This document shows, piece by piece, positions 1 through 8,400 of a stretch of DNA of 64,000 nt. The first letter of the stretch is position 1, and every line of letters starts with the position of its first letter. The DNA is from an uncultured Spirochaetia bacterium (GTDB taxonomy: Bacteria; Spirochaetota; UBA4802; UBA5368). Made by a program: the position numbers and the translations under genes. The notes under the pieces were generated by a model. That model did no database searches. It worked only from the letters and a program-made list of their open reading frames with translations, and was not told where the DNA came from. The stretch spans positions 41,189 to 105,188 of the forward strand of contig CALEGE010000002.1 of NCBI GenBank assembly GCA_937877025.1. The letters are read 5' to 3'.

Positions 1-700
1 TCCAGGCCGGTTGAACGGCCGATCCAGTTACGCTGCATCACGATAACGCGCTCCGGCCATCCCTTCATCAATTCCTCGTGCCCTTTGAGGAGCTCGTCGG
101 AATAGTCCGTGATCTTGAAGAACCACTGCGCCAGTTCTTTCTGAGTAACGTTTGATTCACAACGCCAGCACTGGCCGTTTTCAACCTGTTCGTTCGCGAG
201 CACGGTCATGCACGAGGGACACCAGTTCACGGAGGCCTTTTTCTTGTACGCCAGCCCGCGCTCGTACATTTTGCTGAAAACCCACTGGTTCCATTTATAG
301 TAATTTTTTTTGTATGTAGCGATTTCCCTGGACCAGTCATATGAAACCCCCAGTTTTTTAAACTGCTGTTTCATGTAGCTGATATTGTCCTCTGTCCATT
401 TCAACGGCGGGATATTGCTCTTCATGGCGGCGTTTTCTGCGGGAAGGCCGAACGCGTCCCATCCGATAGGATGAAGCACATTATAGCCCTTCATCCTCAT
501 GTATCGCGCCATCAGGTCGCCGATAGAATAATTCCGCACGTGCCCCATGTGAAGGCGGCCGGATGGATATGGAAACATTTCCAGGAGATAATACTTTTTT
601 TTGTTGCGGTCAATGTTCGATATAAAAACCTTCTCATCATCCCATCTCTTCTGCCATTTCGGCTCAATTTCTTTAAAAGAATATTCTCGTTCGTCCATGC
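1..700 (-). CDS. leuS: Leucine--tRNA ligase, N-terminal part (gene continues past window start)
   Basis: Reverse-strand translation from ATG at 700 gives [23 protein letters not shown]...[22 protein letters not shown] (class I HIGH motif)...[11 protein letters not shown]. The frame stays open to position 1. The listed + strand ORF 471..950 is the antisense artefact. Confidence 0.9.
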
Positions 701-764
701 GTCATCCCCTGTACTATCGATATGTACGCTGTTATTTTGCAATAACATCAAAAGTCAAGATATT

Positions 765-2579
765 TTACCCGCGCTTTCGGTGCTCATAATTAATCAGAAA
801 CTGATCTGTTTCCCATGTCGCCAGCATTTTATTATAGGCCTGAATAACATCACGGTAGGTCAATACGCCGGTAATAACCGGCGATGCGACGGATTTCACC
901 ACCGGTATCGTTTCAAGGTCGTACATTTCAATTTTTCGCATTGCCGATGAAACCGGCTCATCCTCGGTCACAACAGGGACCGTCGCGACCATATCCCCGG
1001 CGATAAGCAGATCGACGAGATCGTGCGAAATCAGGGCTTCGCGAATATCCTTAAGCGATATAACGCCCTGTATTTCATTTTTTTTATTCACGACAAACAC
1101 ATCACCGTATGTCGAATTCTTCAGAACTTCAAGAAGCCCTCGATACGGCGTATTGTGACTCACAACATCATAATCCGTTTTTTTCAGATCGCCGACATTA
1201 ATTTTTCCAAGTAAATCAAGCTCGCCCCTTTTTGTAATATCGATTCCGTCGTCAAGCAAGTGGAGTGTGTAGACGTTGCCCCTGTTGACATATGTCACCG
1301 CAAGGTACGAAATAATTGAAACGAACATCAGCGGCAGAATAAACCTGTAATCTCCGGTTACCTCGAACACAAGCAATATGGATGTAAGCGGAATTGAATT
1401 AATACCCGCCAGCACGCCGCCCATGCCCACAAGCGCAAAGCTCACCGGATCGAGGGTGGCATTAAACATGCCGTTAAGGGACACGGCAAAAACATATCCA
1501 AGAAGCACGCCCAGCATCAATGCGGGAGCAAATGTCCCCCCAAATGAACCGGCTTCGAGGAAAAGAGCCAGAAAGACCAGCTTCAAAAGCAGCAGCATAA
1601 AAACAGTCGACAATAAAAACTGGTGATTGAGCACCTGATTGATGGTGGTATAGCCGATCCCGTACAATTGCTGATATTTCAGCAACACCAGCCCGAATAC
1701 GATTGTGACCGGGATCAGCCGCACAAACTCATTTTTCCCGCCATACCTGCTGTCTATCACCCATTTGAAAAATCTGCGAAGCCGAAAATATGCCAGCGAG
1801 ATCACACCGCACAGTATGCCAAGCGCCAGAAAATACGGGATGTCGCCGATTGTCCCGGATACATACTGCGGGATAAGAAATACATGCCTCGCGCCCAGGA
1901 TCCAACGAGAAAGCACGTCCGCGACAACAGACGATATGATAAGCGCGCTCAATGCCTGATTCTTTAAATCGTTCAGCAGGATAACCTCGATACCAAAGAA
2001 AACACCTGCTATCGGCGCGTTAAATACCGCGGAAATCGCCGCACCGGCGCCGGCAACGGTATACATTTTCATATCGCGTCGATTCATTCTCACAATCTGC
2101 GCCACCAGAGACCCGGCGCCGCTGCCGACCTTTGCCGCCGGGCCTTCAGGCCCCAGCGGGGCCCCCGACCCGATTGAAATAATAGGCGCAATGAGGTGAA
2201 ACACCGTATTCTTCAACGGTATATATCCGCCGCGCAGTATAACCGCCTTTATAACGCTGATGACATCCCGTTCGGCGGCGATTTCGGGAAACGCACGCGT
2301 CATTGCCGCAACACACAGGCCGCCGATGACGGGAACGATAAATATCAAATTTATATCGGTACTGGTAAATAACGATCCGTGGATAAATTCGAATACACGC
2401 CGCATTCTCTCAAGGAGCGAATGGAAAAGAATGGCTCCCGCTCCGGCGAAAAGGCCGACGAGTGTTGAAAAAACAATATGCGCAATATACTTTGATATAT
2501 CCGATTGGAGATATCGCTCCTTCATTCTTTGCTGAAGAAGCGCACGTCTGCTTATTCCGCCGCGTGTAAAAAGGTCCAT
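765..2579 (-). CDS. ClC family voltage-gated chloride channel / H+-Cl- antiporter with C-terminal CBS domain pair
   Basis: About 10 predicted TM helices, selectivity-filter-like motifs GSGAPLGPEGP and GxxxP repeats, C-terminal tandem CBS region (ISLKDIREAL...VLTYRDVIQAY). Confidence 0.85.
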   Translation of the reverse strand: MDLFTRGGISRRALLQQRMKERYLQSDISKYIAHIVFSTLVGLFAGAGAILFHSLLERMRRVFEFIHGSLFTSTDINLIFIVPVIGGLCVAAMTRAFPEIAAERDVISVIKAVILRGGYIPLKNTVFHLIAPIISIGSGAPLGPEGPAAKVGSGAGSLVAQIVRMNRRDMKMYTVAGAGAAISAVFNAPIAGVFFGIEVILLNDLKNQALSALIISSVVADVLSRWILGARHVFLIPQYVSGTIGDIPYFLALGILCGVISLAYFRLRRFFKWVIDSRYGGKNEFVRLIPVTIVFGLVLLKYQQLYGIGYTTINQVLNHQFLLSTVFMLLLLKLVFLALFLEAGSFGGTFAPALMLGVLLGYVFAVSLNGMFNATLDPVSFALVGMGGVLAGINSIPLTSILLVFEVTGDYRFILPLMFVSIISYLAVTYVNRGNVYTLHLLDDGIDITKRGELDLLGKINVGDLKKTDYDVVSHNTPYRGLLEVLKNSTYGDVFVVNKKNEIQGVISLKDIREALISHDLVDLLIAGDMVATVPVVTEDEPVSSAMRKIEMYDLETIPVVKSVASPVITGVLTYRDVIQAYNKMLATWETDQFLINYEHRKRG

Positions 2580-2581
2580 GT

Positions 2582-3049
2582 TTATTTTGGGGGCTCTTTT
2601 GAAAATACGCCGGTTATCTCGCCTAATGATTTCGCGTTAATAATCGCGTTTCGTACGCTTTCCTCGCGAAGGACGGACATTATTTCTGAAAGCAGCTTCA
2701 GGTAATCCTTGTGCTGCCGCTCGCCCGCGGCGACCAGTATCACGATATGAACCGGCTTTCCGTCCAGCGAATCAAAATTTATTCCGTTTTTAGAAACACC
2801 TACCGCAAACGCGATTTCCTTCACAGATTTGATCTTGGCATGCGGTATGGCAAGACCGAAGCCAATCCCCGTGCTCATAATCTCTTCCCGTTCAATGAGC
2901 GCATCGACAAGTTCTTCTGTATTGGTGCACACGGGGCTGTCAGAAAAGACCGCCGCAAGCTCCTCAATCGCCTTATATTTATTTCTCGAACGAAGCCGTC
3001 GTATGTATCGAATGTCCGTATAGTCCTGAAGCATTTTCATTATCCTCAC
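2582..3049 (-). CDS. PTS EIIA type-2 domain protein (PtsN / EIIA-Ntr-like regulatory protein)
   Basis: GIGFGLAIPHAKI motif with phosphorylatable His, about 155 aa, typical size of EIIA-Ntr. Stop is 2 nt upstream of the ClC start, so the two are probably co-transcribed. Confidence 0.8.
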   Translation of the reverse strand: MRIMKMLQDYTDIRYIRRLRSRNKYKAIEELAAVFSDSPVCTNTEELVDALIEREEIMSTGIGFGLAIPHAKIKSVKEIAFAVGVSKNGINFDSLDGKPVHIVILVAAGERQHKDYLKLLSEIMSVLREESVRNAIINAKSLGEITGVFSKEPPK

Positions 3050-3299
3050 CCTGCAGTATGTTTACGCGTATTCAGCAGCCGTATGCCCGGCCGCCGGATC
3101 ATGCTGAATTTTTTATCCGGATAGTGATACGGCTATCCTGAATAATGAGCAGCACGGCCAGTCTTTCGCATAGTATCGTAATGAAACAATTATTTTGGCA
3201 AATGAAAAAATATTTGAGCGTATCTTTTGATGCAGTTATCGTTGTATAATGCAAGCTTTCACAGATCCACACAATCATGGAGAAAAAGAGGAGAAAAAA

Positions 3300-3620
3300 A
3301 TGGCCGATTACACCGCAATATTGTGTACCTGTCCTTCAAAAGAAGTTGCCTGTAAAATCGCCGATGTGCTGGTTCCCGCCGGATTGGCCGCATGCGTCAA
3401 CATCATCACCTCACTCATCTCGGTGTACCGCTGGAAAGGCGATATATGCCGGGATGAGGAATGTCTTGTAATAATAAAAAGCACACAGGAAAATTTCGAG
3501 GATATCAGGAAGGCCATACTGACAGTGCATCCCTATGAGGTCCCGGAGATAATATCACTCCCCATCTCGTCGGGGCATGAGCCTTATTTGCGCTGGATAG
3601 ATGAATGCACCGCCATATAA
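3300..3620 (+). CDS. cutA: Divalent-cation tolerance protein CutA
   Basis: MADYTAILCTCPSKEVACKIADVLV...VHPYEVPEIISLPI, the CutA1 fold signature. AGGAG RBS about 8 nt upstream of the ATG at 3300; the longer ORF from 3249 lacks an RBS. Confidence 0.8.
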   Translation: MADYTAILCTCPSKEVACKIADVLVPAGLAACVNIITSLISVYRWKGDICRDEECLVIIKSTQENFEDIRKAILTVHPYEVPEIISLPISSGHEPYLRWIDECTAI

Positions 3621-3634
3621 CATGCGCTGGCATG

Positions 3635-3943
3635 TTATATGGATTTTAAAAGCCGATCCCAGGATGTGCTTCTTTTAACTTTGAACAGGCCTTTTTTCTT
3701 TTTGCTCGTTTCCACTATTGCGTGAGTGACTGTACGCGCGATTTTCTCCGAGCTTGAATCCATCGCGTCAACCTTGCTGAGTAAAATTCTCAGCAAATGC
3801 ACGATATATTCATCGCGCGTATTCATTATATCAACCAGTTCTTTGTGTCGCTGCTCAATTTCCTTCTTTAAACCTTGTTCCACTTCTTTCAATTTGGCAA
3901 TCGTTGTAAAATCGAGAACCCTCTCGCCATCATTTTCCATCAT
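3635..3943 (-). CDS. Hypothetical coiled-coil protein (102 aa)
   Basis: ORF immediately downstream of the cysteine desulfurase gene on the same strand. K/E-rich predicted coiled coil; no recognisable motif. Confidence 0.5.
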   Translation of the reverse strand: MMENDGERVLDFTTIAKLKEVEQGLKKEIEQRHKELVDIMNTRDEYIVHLLRILLSKVDAMDSSSEKIARTVTHAIVETSKKKKGLFKVKRSTSWDRLLKSI

Positions 3944-4101
3944 GCTAACCTGCTTGTATGCAATAATCTGTTGATAGTTACTATACCATTATTGCTACAA
4001 ATTAACCAATAAAATTGTTACTATGTAAATATTTATGATGGCTGGCGGTCAGTTTGAATGACATGGTCGTTCGTATGGCATCCCAAGAAATGCCGATATC
4101 G

Positions 4102-5250
4102 TCAGATCGCCGCAAGTTCCCGTATGGCGCCAAGCGCATACGATACATCATCCATGCGTGAAAAATAGCCCGGGCTGAATCGAATCGTGCCATCAGGGAA
4201 CGTTCCGATCGTTGCATGCGCCGCGGGGCTGCAATGCAGCCCTATCCGGCAGAGAATTCCGAAATTCTCATCCAGCATCCTTCCTGCCTCGGCAGGCGGT
4301 ATGGCATCTATTGTGAACGAGACTGTCGATAACTGTCGCTCCAAAAGCCCGCTGCTGTAGACGCATACGCCGGGGATCTCTTCGAGTCCCCGGATAAGCG
4401 CATCGGCAAGCGCCACATCTTTTTCCCGTATCGTTTCGACGCCATGTCCCATGACAAACTCAATCCCCGCGGCAAGGCCCGCAATGCCGACAGTATTGAG
4501 GGTTCCGCTTTCAAACCTGTCGGGAAGAAAGTCAGGCTGTATTTCATATTCAGACCGGCTGCCCGTTCCCCCATATTTCAGCGGCGTGATCGCAGCAGCA
4601 TCAATCCTGTCTCCCAGCACAAGCCCGCCGGTCCCCTGAGGTCCATACAGGGCCTTATGACCTGTAAACGCCAGCAGGTCAATGCAATCGGCTTGCATAT
4701 CCAGCCTGGCGCATCCCGCCGTTTGCGCCGAATCAACAAGAAACAGCGCACCCGCATCGCGTGCAAGTTTACCGATTTCAGGAAGCGGCTGCAGGCATCC
4801 GTTTACATTCGATCCGTGGTTGAGCACAACAAGCGACGTTGTATATTTGAGGGATTTCCGTACATCATCCGGATCAACAAATCCCCGGGGAGCACACGGC
4901 ACAAAGGTCAGTCTCACGCCGCCCTTTTCGAGGGCACGAAGGGGGCGCATAACCGAATTGTGCTCCATCCCCGAGGTAATTACATGATCACCGGGCCGCA
5001 GCAGCCCAAAAAGCGCCAGATTCAGAGCTTCCGTGGCATTTGCGGTAAACGCGATCCTCATCGGATCGACGGCATTGAATAGCTGGGCTATTTTTTCCCG
5101 TGCATCATACACAATTCTCGCCGCCTCGACGGAAAGGCGATGCCCCGACCTGCCAGGATTGGCGCCGACATTGCTCATAAACCGGACCATCGCCTCAGCC
5201 ACCGAAGGGGGCTTCGGGAAAGACGTTGCCGCATTATCGAAATAGATCAT
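4102..5250 (-). CDS. Cysteine desulfurase (class V aminotransferase, NifS/CsdA-like)
   Basis: MIYFDNAATSFPKP start, PLP-lysine region FTGHKALYGPQGTGGL, active-site loop near the C-terminus (GLHCSP with Cys). Confidence 0.85.
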   Translation of the reverse strand: MIYFDNAATSFPKPPSVAEAMVRFMSNVGANPGRSGHRLSVEAARIVYDAREKIAQLFNAVDPMRIAFTANATEALNLALFGLLRPGDHVITSGMEHNSVMRPLRALEKGGVRLTFVPCAPRGFVDPDDVRKSLKYTTSLVVLNHGSNVNGCLQPLPEIGKLARDAGALFLVDSAQTAGCARLDMQADCIDLLAFTGHKALYGPQGTGGLVLGDRIDAAAITPLKYGGTGSRSEYEIQPDFLPDRFESGTLNTVGIAGLAAGIEFVMGHGVETIREKDVALADALIRGLEEIPGVCVYSSGLLERQLSTVSFTIDAIPPAEAGRMLDENFGILCRIGLHCSPAAHATIGTFPDGTIRFSPGYFSRMDDVSYALGAIRELAAI

Positions 5251-5310
5251 TGGTATCCCCCGATGCTGTTACCGCTATTAGCCGGGAACTGCGTCAACAA
5301 TGCACCGCTC

Positions 5311-5535
5311 TTACTCTCTGGTAAGCGTCAATTCATATTCATCGGCGGTTTGAAGAAGTTCGATCTTCCAACCCTTCTTTTCCGCCAGCCGGGTAATGTT
5401 ATCGCGAGCAGTTGCCGAATCAACACGCACACGTATCGTACCACTACCGAGCGAATCCATCACTTTTTTCGTTTCAAATACGGGCTGCGGACACGAGAGC
5501 CCGCGCACATCGAGATACTCTGCCATATCACTCAC
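5311..5535 (-). CDS. TusA-family sulfurtransferase
   Basis: 74 aa; LDVRGLSCPQPV matches the CPxP motif of TusA/YeeD. 7-nt gap to the upstream YeeE gene. Confidence 0.8.
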   Translation of the reverse strand: MSDMAEYLDVRGLSCPQPVFETKKVMDSLGSGTIRVRVDSATARDNITRLAEKKGWKIELLQTADEYELTLTRE

Positions 5536-5542
5536 TCTCCTT

Positions 5543-6646
5543 CTACGCCTTCTGGCGCATTGTAACTCCTATCACGCTGCACACAATAAGCCCGGTCACG
5601 ACCGCGGCGGGCCCCCAGAGCCCCGGACCGGCAGTTGAACTTGCGGTCGCGAAATTATGCGCAAATCCAGCGCCGGCAATCATACCAATGACAAATATCG
5701 CCGCATCGCCATCCCCTTCTCCGCTGAGAAACAGCTGCCTTCCCGGGCACCCTCCCGCAAGCGCAAACGCAAGTCCGGCAAGCATCATGCCCGCGAAATT
5801 CCAGAGGTAGTTCGCATGGGCAATCGGCTGGTTTAGAAATCCGGGATGGAACTGGTGAAACACGATGTTAACCGCAAATGCGCCGGCAACCAGTGCAATA
5901 ACGCCCGACAGCAAATGCCCGTCCCTTATGAGTATAATATCCCTTACCGCTCCCATTGTGCAGAACCGCGAGCGTTGTGCGAAGAATCCTATGGCAACCG
6001 CGATGCCGAGCGATATGAATACAGGGGCGTGTTGCGAACCCGGACCTTTGACGCTAAAAAATGGAGCGAATTTTTCCGGTTCCGCATATGCAAGGCTTTT
6101 TGGCGCGCCCCAGTATATATTGCCAAGCAACAGCAGAAGCAGCCCGGCCATAATGGCAGGCAGTATCCATCCTGCTATCGCACGCGTGCGGCTGCTAGCG
6201 CCGAGCGTGTACCCATTTTTGATAAACAGCACCCCTGCCCAGATTCCAGCGAGCAATCCGGCAATCCCCACTATCGCGTTACCATCGCCTCCAGCAAGCC
6301 TGAGGAATGCCCGCCACGGGCATCCAAGGAAAACCAGCGCCCCGATCATGGCAAAAAAACCCAGAACAAAACGCACCATCGGGGCCGACCCCGCGCGGGG
6401 TCGAAACTCCCTGAAAAACAACGAAGCCGCAAATGCTCCGAACACCAACCCGATTATCTCGGGCCTGATGTACTGCACAACCGACGCCCGGTGAAATCCG
6501 AGCGCACCGGCAATATCGCGCTCCATGCATGCAACACAGATTCCCATATTCGCGGGATTCCCAAGCTTCTGCAGCAATGACGCCGCGCCGCCGATAAATA
6601 AACCGGTAAAGATAATCCCCGTTCGTGATGCAAAAAATTTCGTCAT
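5543..6646 (-). CDS. YeeE/YedE family thiosulfate/sulfur-compound transporter (TsuA-like)
   Basis: Polytopic membrane protein with two conserved Cys-containing half-repeats (GICVACMERD ... RFCTMGAVRD), characteristic of YeeE/YedE. Confidence 0.8.
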   Translation of the reverse strand: MTKFFASRTGIIFTGLFIGGAASLLQKLGNPANMGICVACMERDIAGALGFHRASVVQYIRPEIIGLVFGAFAASLFFREFRPRAGSAPMVRFVLGFFAMIGALVFLGCPWRAFLRLAGGDGNAIVGIAGLLAGIWAGVLFIKNGYTLGASSRTRAIAGWILPAIMAGLLLLLLGNIYWGAPKSLAYAEPEKFAPFFSVKGPGSQHAPVFISLGIAVAIGFFAQRSRFCTMGAVRDIILIRDGHLLSGVIALVAGAFAVNIVFHQFHPGFLNQPIAHANYLWNFAGMMLAGLAFALAGGCPGRQLFLSGEGDGDAAIFVIGMIAGAGFAHNFATASSTAGPGLWGPAAVVTGLIVCSVIGVTMRQKA

Positions 6647-6835
6647 CCGATCCCCTCGCTCCTCCAGCTCTCATCCAGTAATGTATGCATACTTCGTATG
6701 CCAATACTGACATACGATATTTTAATATCAACTATTAATATTATAGATTTTATATATAGATATAATGAATTGGTTTCCGCCTGTTCTTTAGCAGAAGTCC
6801 CGAATCGCATACCGGCACGCCGCGCAATAAAATTC

Positions 6836-6864
6836 TTGACGAATGCTTTACTGCGCGGTAATAA
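6836..6864 (+). promoter_or_regulatory. Candidate sigma70 promoter for the small CxxCH protein gene (TTGACG -17 nt- TAATAA)
   Basis: TTGACG at 6836-6841, 17-nt spacer, TAATAA at 6859-6864. AAGGAG RBS at 6893-6898 and ATG at 6908. Confidence 0.3.
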
Positions 6865-6907
6865 ATATTTCTATATTCCACTTATATTTCAAGAAGGAGC
6901 CCTTGGT

Positions 6908-7141
6908 ATGAAAAAAACATTTTTCGCGTTTTTTATGGTAGCACTGTTCACTGCCACGTCTGTCATGGCAAACCCTCAGATACAGGCAAAGCATAAAGGC
7001 CTTAAGAAAGACGGCAAAATGATCAATTGCACATATTGCCACACCACGGCGAAGATCGAGAAAAAGAAAGGCTATAACATTAACAACGCAAACAAAAACG
7101 CGCTCTGCATGGGCTCGGGCTGCCATCCTGTTAAGAAATAG
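6908..7141 (+). CDS. Small secreted lysine-rich protein with CxxCH (CTYCH) and Cx4CH (CMGSGCH) motifs, possible mini c-type cytochrome
   Basis: Signal peptide MKKTFFAFFMVALFTATSVMA followed by a roughly 55-aa mature part with two heme-attachment-like motifs. Strong RBS. The longer listed ORF from 6698 has no RBS and covers the promoter. Confidence 0.5.
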   Translation: MKKTFFAFFMVALFTATSVMANPQIQAKHKGLKKDGKMINCTYCHTTAKIEKKKGYNINNANKNALCMGSGCHPVKK

Positions 7142-7206
7142 CATCGTGCCGGTGTGAACCATTATTTGCCGCACAACAGCCATACTTCATATGACACAGA
7201 GAAATC

Positions 7207-7238
7207 AAAAAAGCATGTTCTTGGGCATGCTTTTTTGA
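7207..7238 (+). terminator. Rho-independent terminator (AAAAGCATG-loop-CATGCTTTTTT) after the small CxxCH gene
   Basis: 9-bp stem at 7209-7217 / 7226-7234 with an 8-nt loop and a T6 run. Confidence 0.45.
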
Positions 7239-7298
7239 TTTGAAGTCACTACATTCGCAACAGTATATACTCACAATTACATTATCGAGTTCATTTAT

Positions 7299-8396
7299 AT
7301 GCCAGGCATTCAAACACATATACAATTATTTACCGATGCAATGAACGCCGTGAAAAGTGATAAAAATCCCGGCAGGGGTACCCGGTCGCTCGAAATTCTA
7401 TTTGCGACGCCCCTGTTTGCACGTGCCGGATATTTCGGCTGTCTTGGACCCGATGTAATCGACTATCTGCCCCTCATGAAGAAAAAGAGCTTTTTTGGTA
7501 CTGCATTGAATAAGGATTTGCACTCGGCCCGGCTTGCCGAATCCCTTCGGATGATGCTGACAAGGGTTCTCCATGCAAGCGATCCTGTTAACGAATGGAG
7601 CGCTGCACAACGCGCATTTGTCTATGGCTACGTTTCCCATATTGTAACCGACGCTGTGTTCCATCCATTTATATACTACTGGGCCGGGTTTCCGGATACC
7701 GATATCGATAAAGAAGTAATGCTCTTTCGGGAGCAATTTTTGTTACTTGAATATACCATCGACGCATATTTCACTCACTTTTATAAAAAGAAACCGGTTA
7801 AAACCGATCTGAAATCCCTGTTTCCCATCGTTACATACGGGAAAGGGCGGCGAGGGCTTCACCCCTCCATCGCCGGAATGCTGTACGATCTCCTGATATT
7901 TTTGGACCATGAAATCGGCGACACATTTTTTTTTAGAATGCGCCACGGAACTACCGGCAACCAGCCCGCGCCTCCCACATGCATCAGGATGCTGCCGTAC
8001 ATAATCGACTCTGCGTTCAGGCTGAAAACAAGCAATAACCGATATTACAAAAAGATCGTCGACAGACTCCGCAAGAAAAAACTGCTGTTCCCCGATTACA
8101 CAGTACGGTATCCGGAACCAAAAAGGATAAACCGGCATGTGCTCAACCTTCACCGGGAGCGATGGTTTTACCCCGCCGGCGCTCCCGGCCTGCATTATGA
8201 ATCCGTCGAAGATCTCTACAAAATCGCGCAGAACAGCATCGTTGCCGCATGGGACAAACTTGAATCGGCAGCATGCTCATCTTCAAGGGAAATCGCGCCA
8301 CTTCTGCACGAGATTGCGGTCGATGCGCTTACCGGTGAAATCGGGAAACAACCGCATGAAATGCATGTGAAAAACCCCGTAAAACCGAGGTTGTGA
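7299..8396 (+). CDS. Hypothetical protein, possibly zinc-dependent phospholipase C family-like
   Basis: N-terminal MPGIQTHIQL and GYVSHIVTDAVFHPFIYY recall the His/Asp metal ligands of Zn-dependent PLC / P1-nuclease fold proteins. Call by motif memory only. Confidence 0.5.
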   Translation: MPGIQTHIQLFTDAMNAVKSDKNPGRGTRSLEILFATPLFARAGYFGCLGPDVIDYLPLMKKKSFFGTALNKDLHSARLAESLRMMLTRVLHASDPVNEWSAAQRAFVYGYVSHIVTDAVFHPFIYYWAGFPDTDIDKEVMLFREQFLLLEYTIDAYFTHFYKKKPVKTDLKSLFPIVTYGKGRRGLHPSIAGMLYDLLIFLDHEIGDTFFFRMRHGTTGNQPAPPTCIRMLPYIIDSAFRLKTSNNRYYKKIVDRLRKKKLLFPDYTVRYPEPKRINRHVLNLHRERWFYPAGAPGLHYESVEDLYKIAQNSIVAAWDKLESAACSSSREIAPLLHEIAVDALTGEIGKQPHEMHVKNPVKPRL

Positions 8397-8400
8397 TCTT

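Noticed and set aside
471-950. Listed + strand ORF of 159 aa at the left edge
   Set aside because: It is antisense to the leuS N-terminus, which is clearly coded on the - strand (HIGH motif, perfect LeuRS N-terminal sequence). No RBS and no motif.
3050-3248. Possible fluoride riboswitch (crcB motif) upstream of the EIIA-ClC operon
   Set aside because: I read the - strand leader and found neither the GGCGAUGG...CUGAUGAUGCCUAC core nor a convincing pseudoknot. The ClC also lacks obvious CLC-F hallmarks. A covariance-model scan would settle it, but nothing in the sequence supports it.
5846-6580. Two nested + strand ORFs (244 aa and 209 aa)
   Set aside because: Antisense to the YeeE/YedE transporter gene. 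Their composition (Arg/Pro/Ala-rich, no hydrophobic pattern) is typical of antisense frames of a membrane-protein gene.
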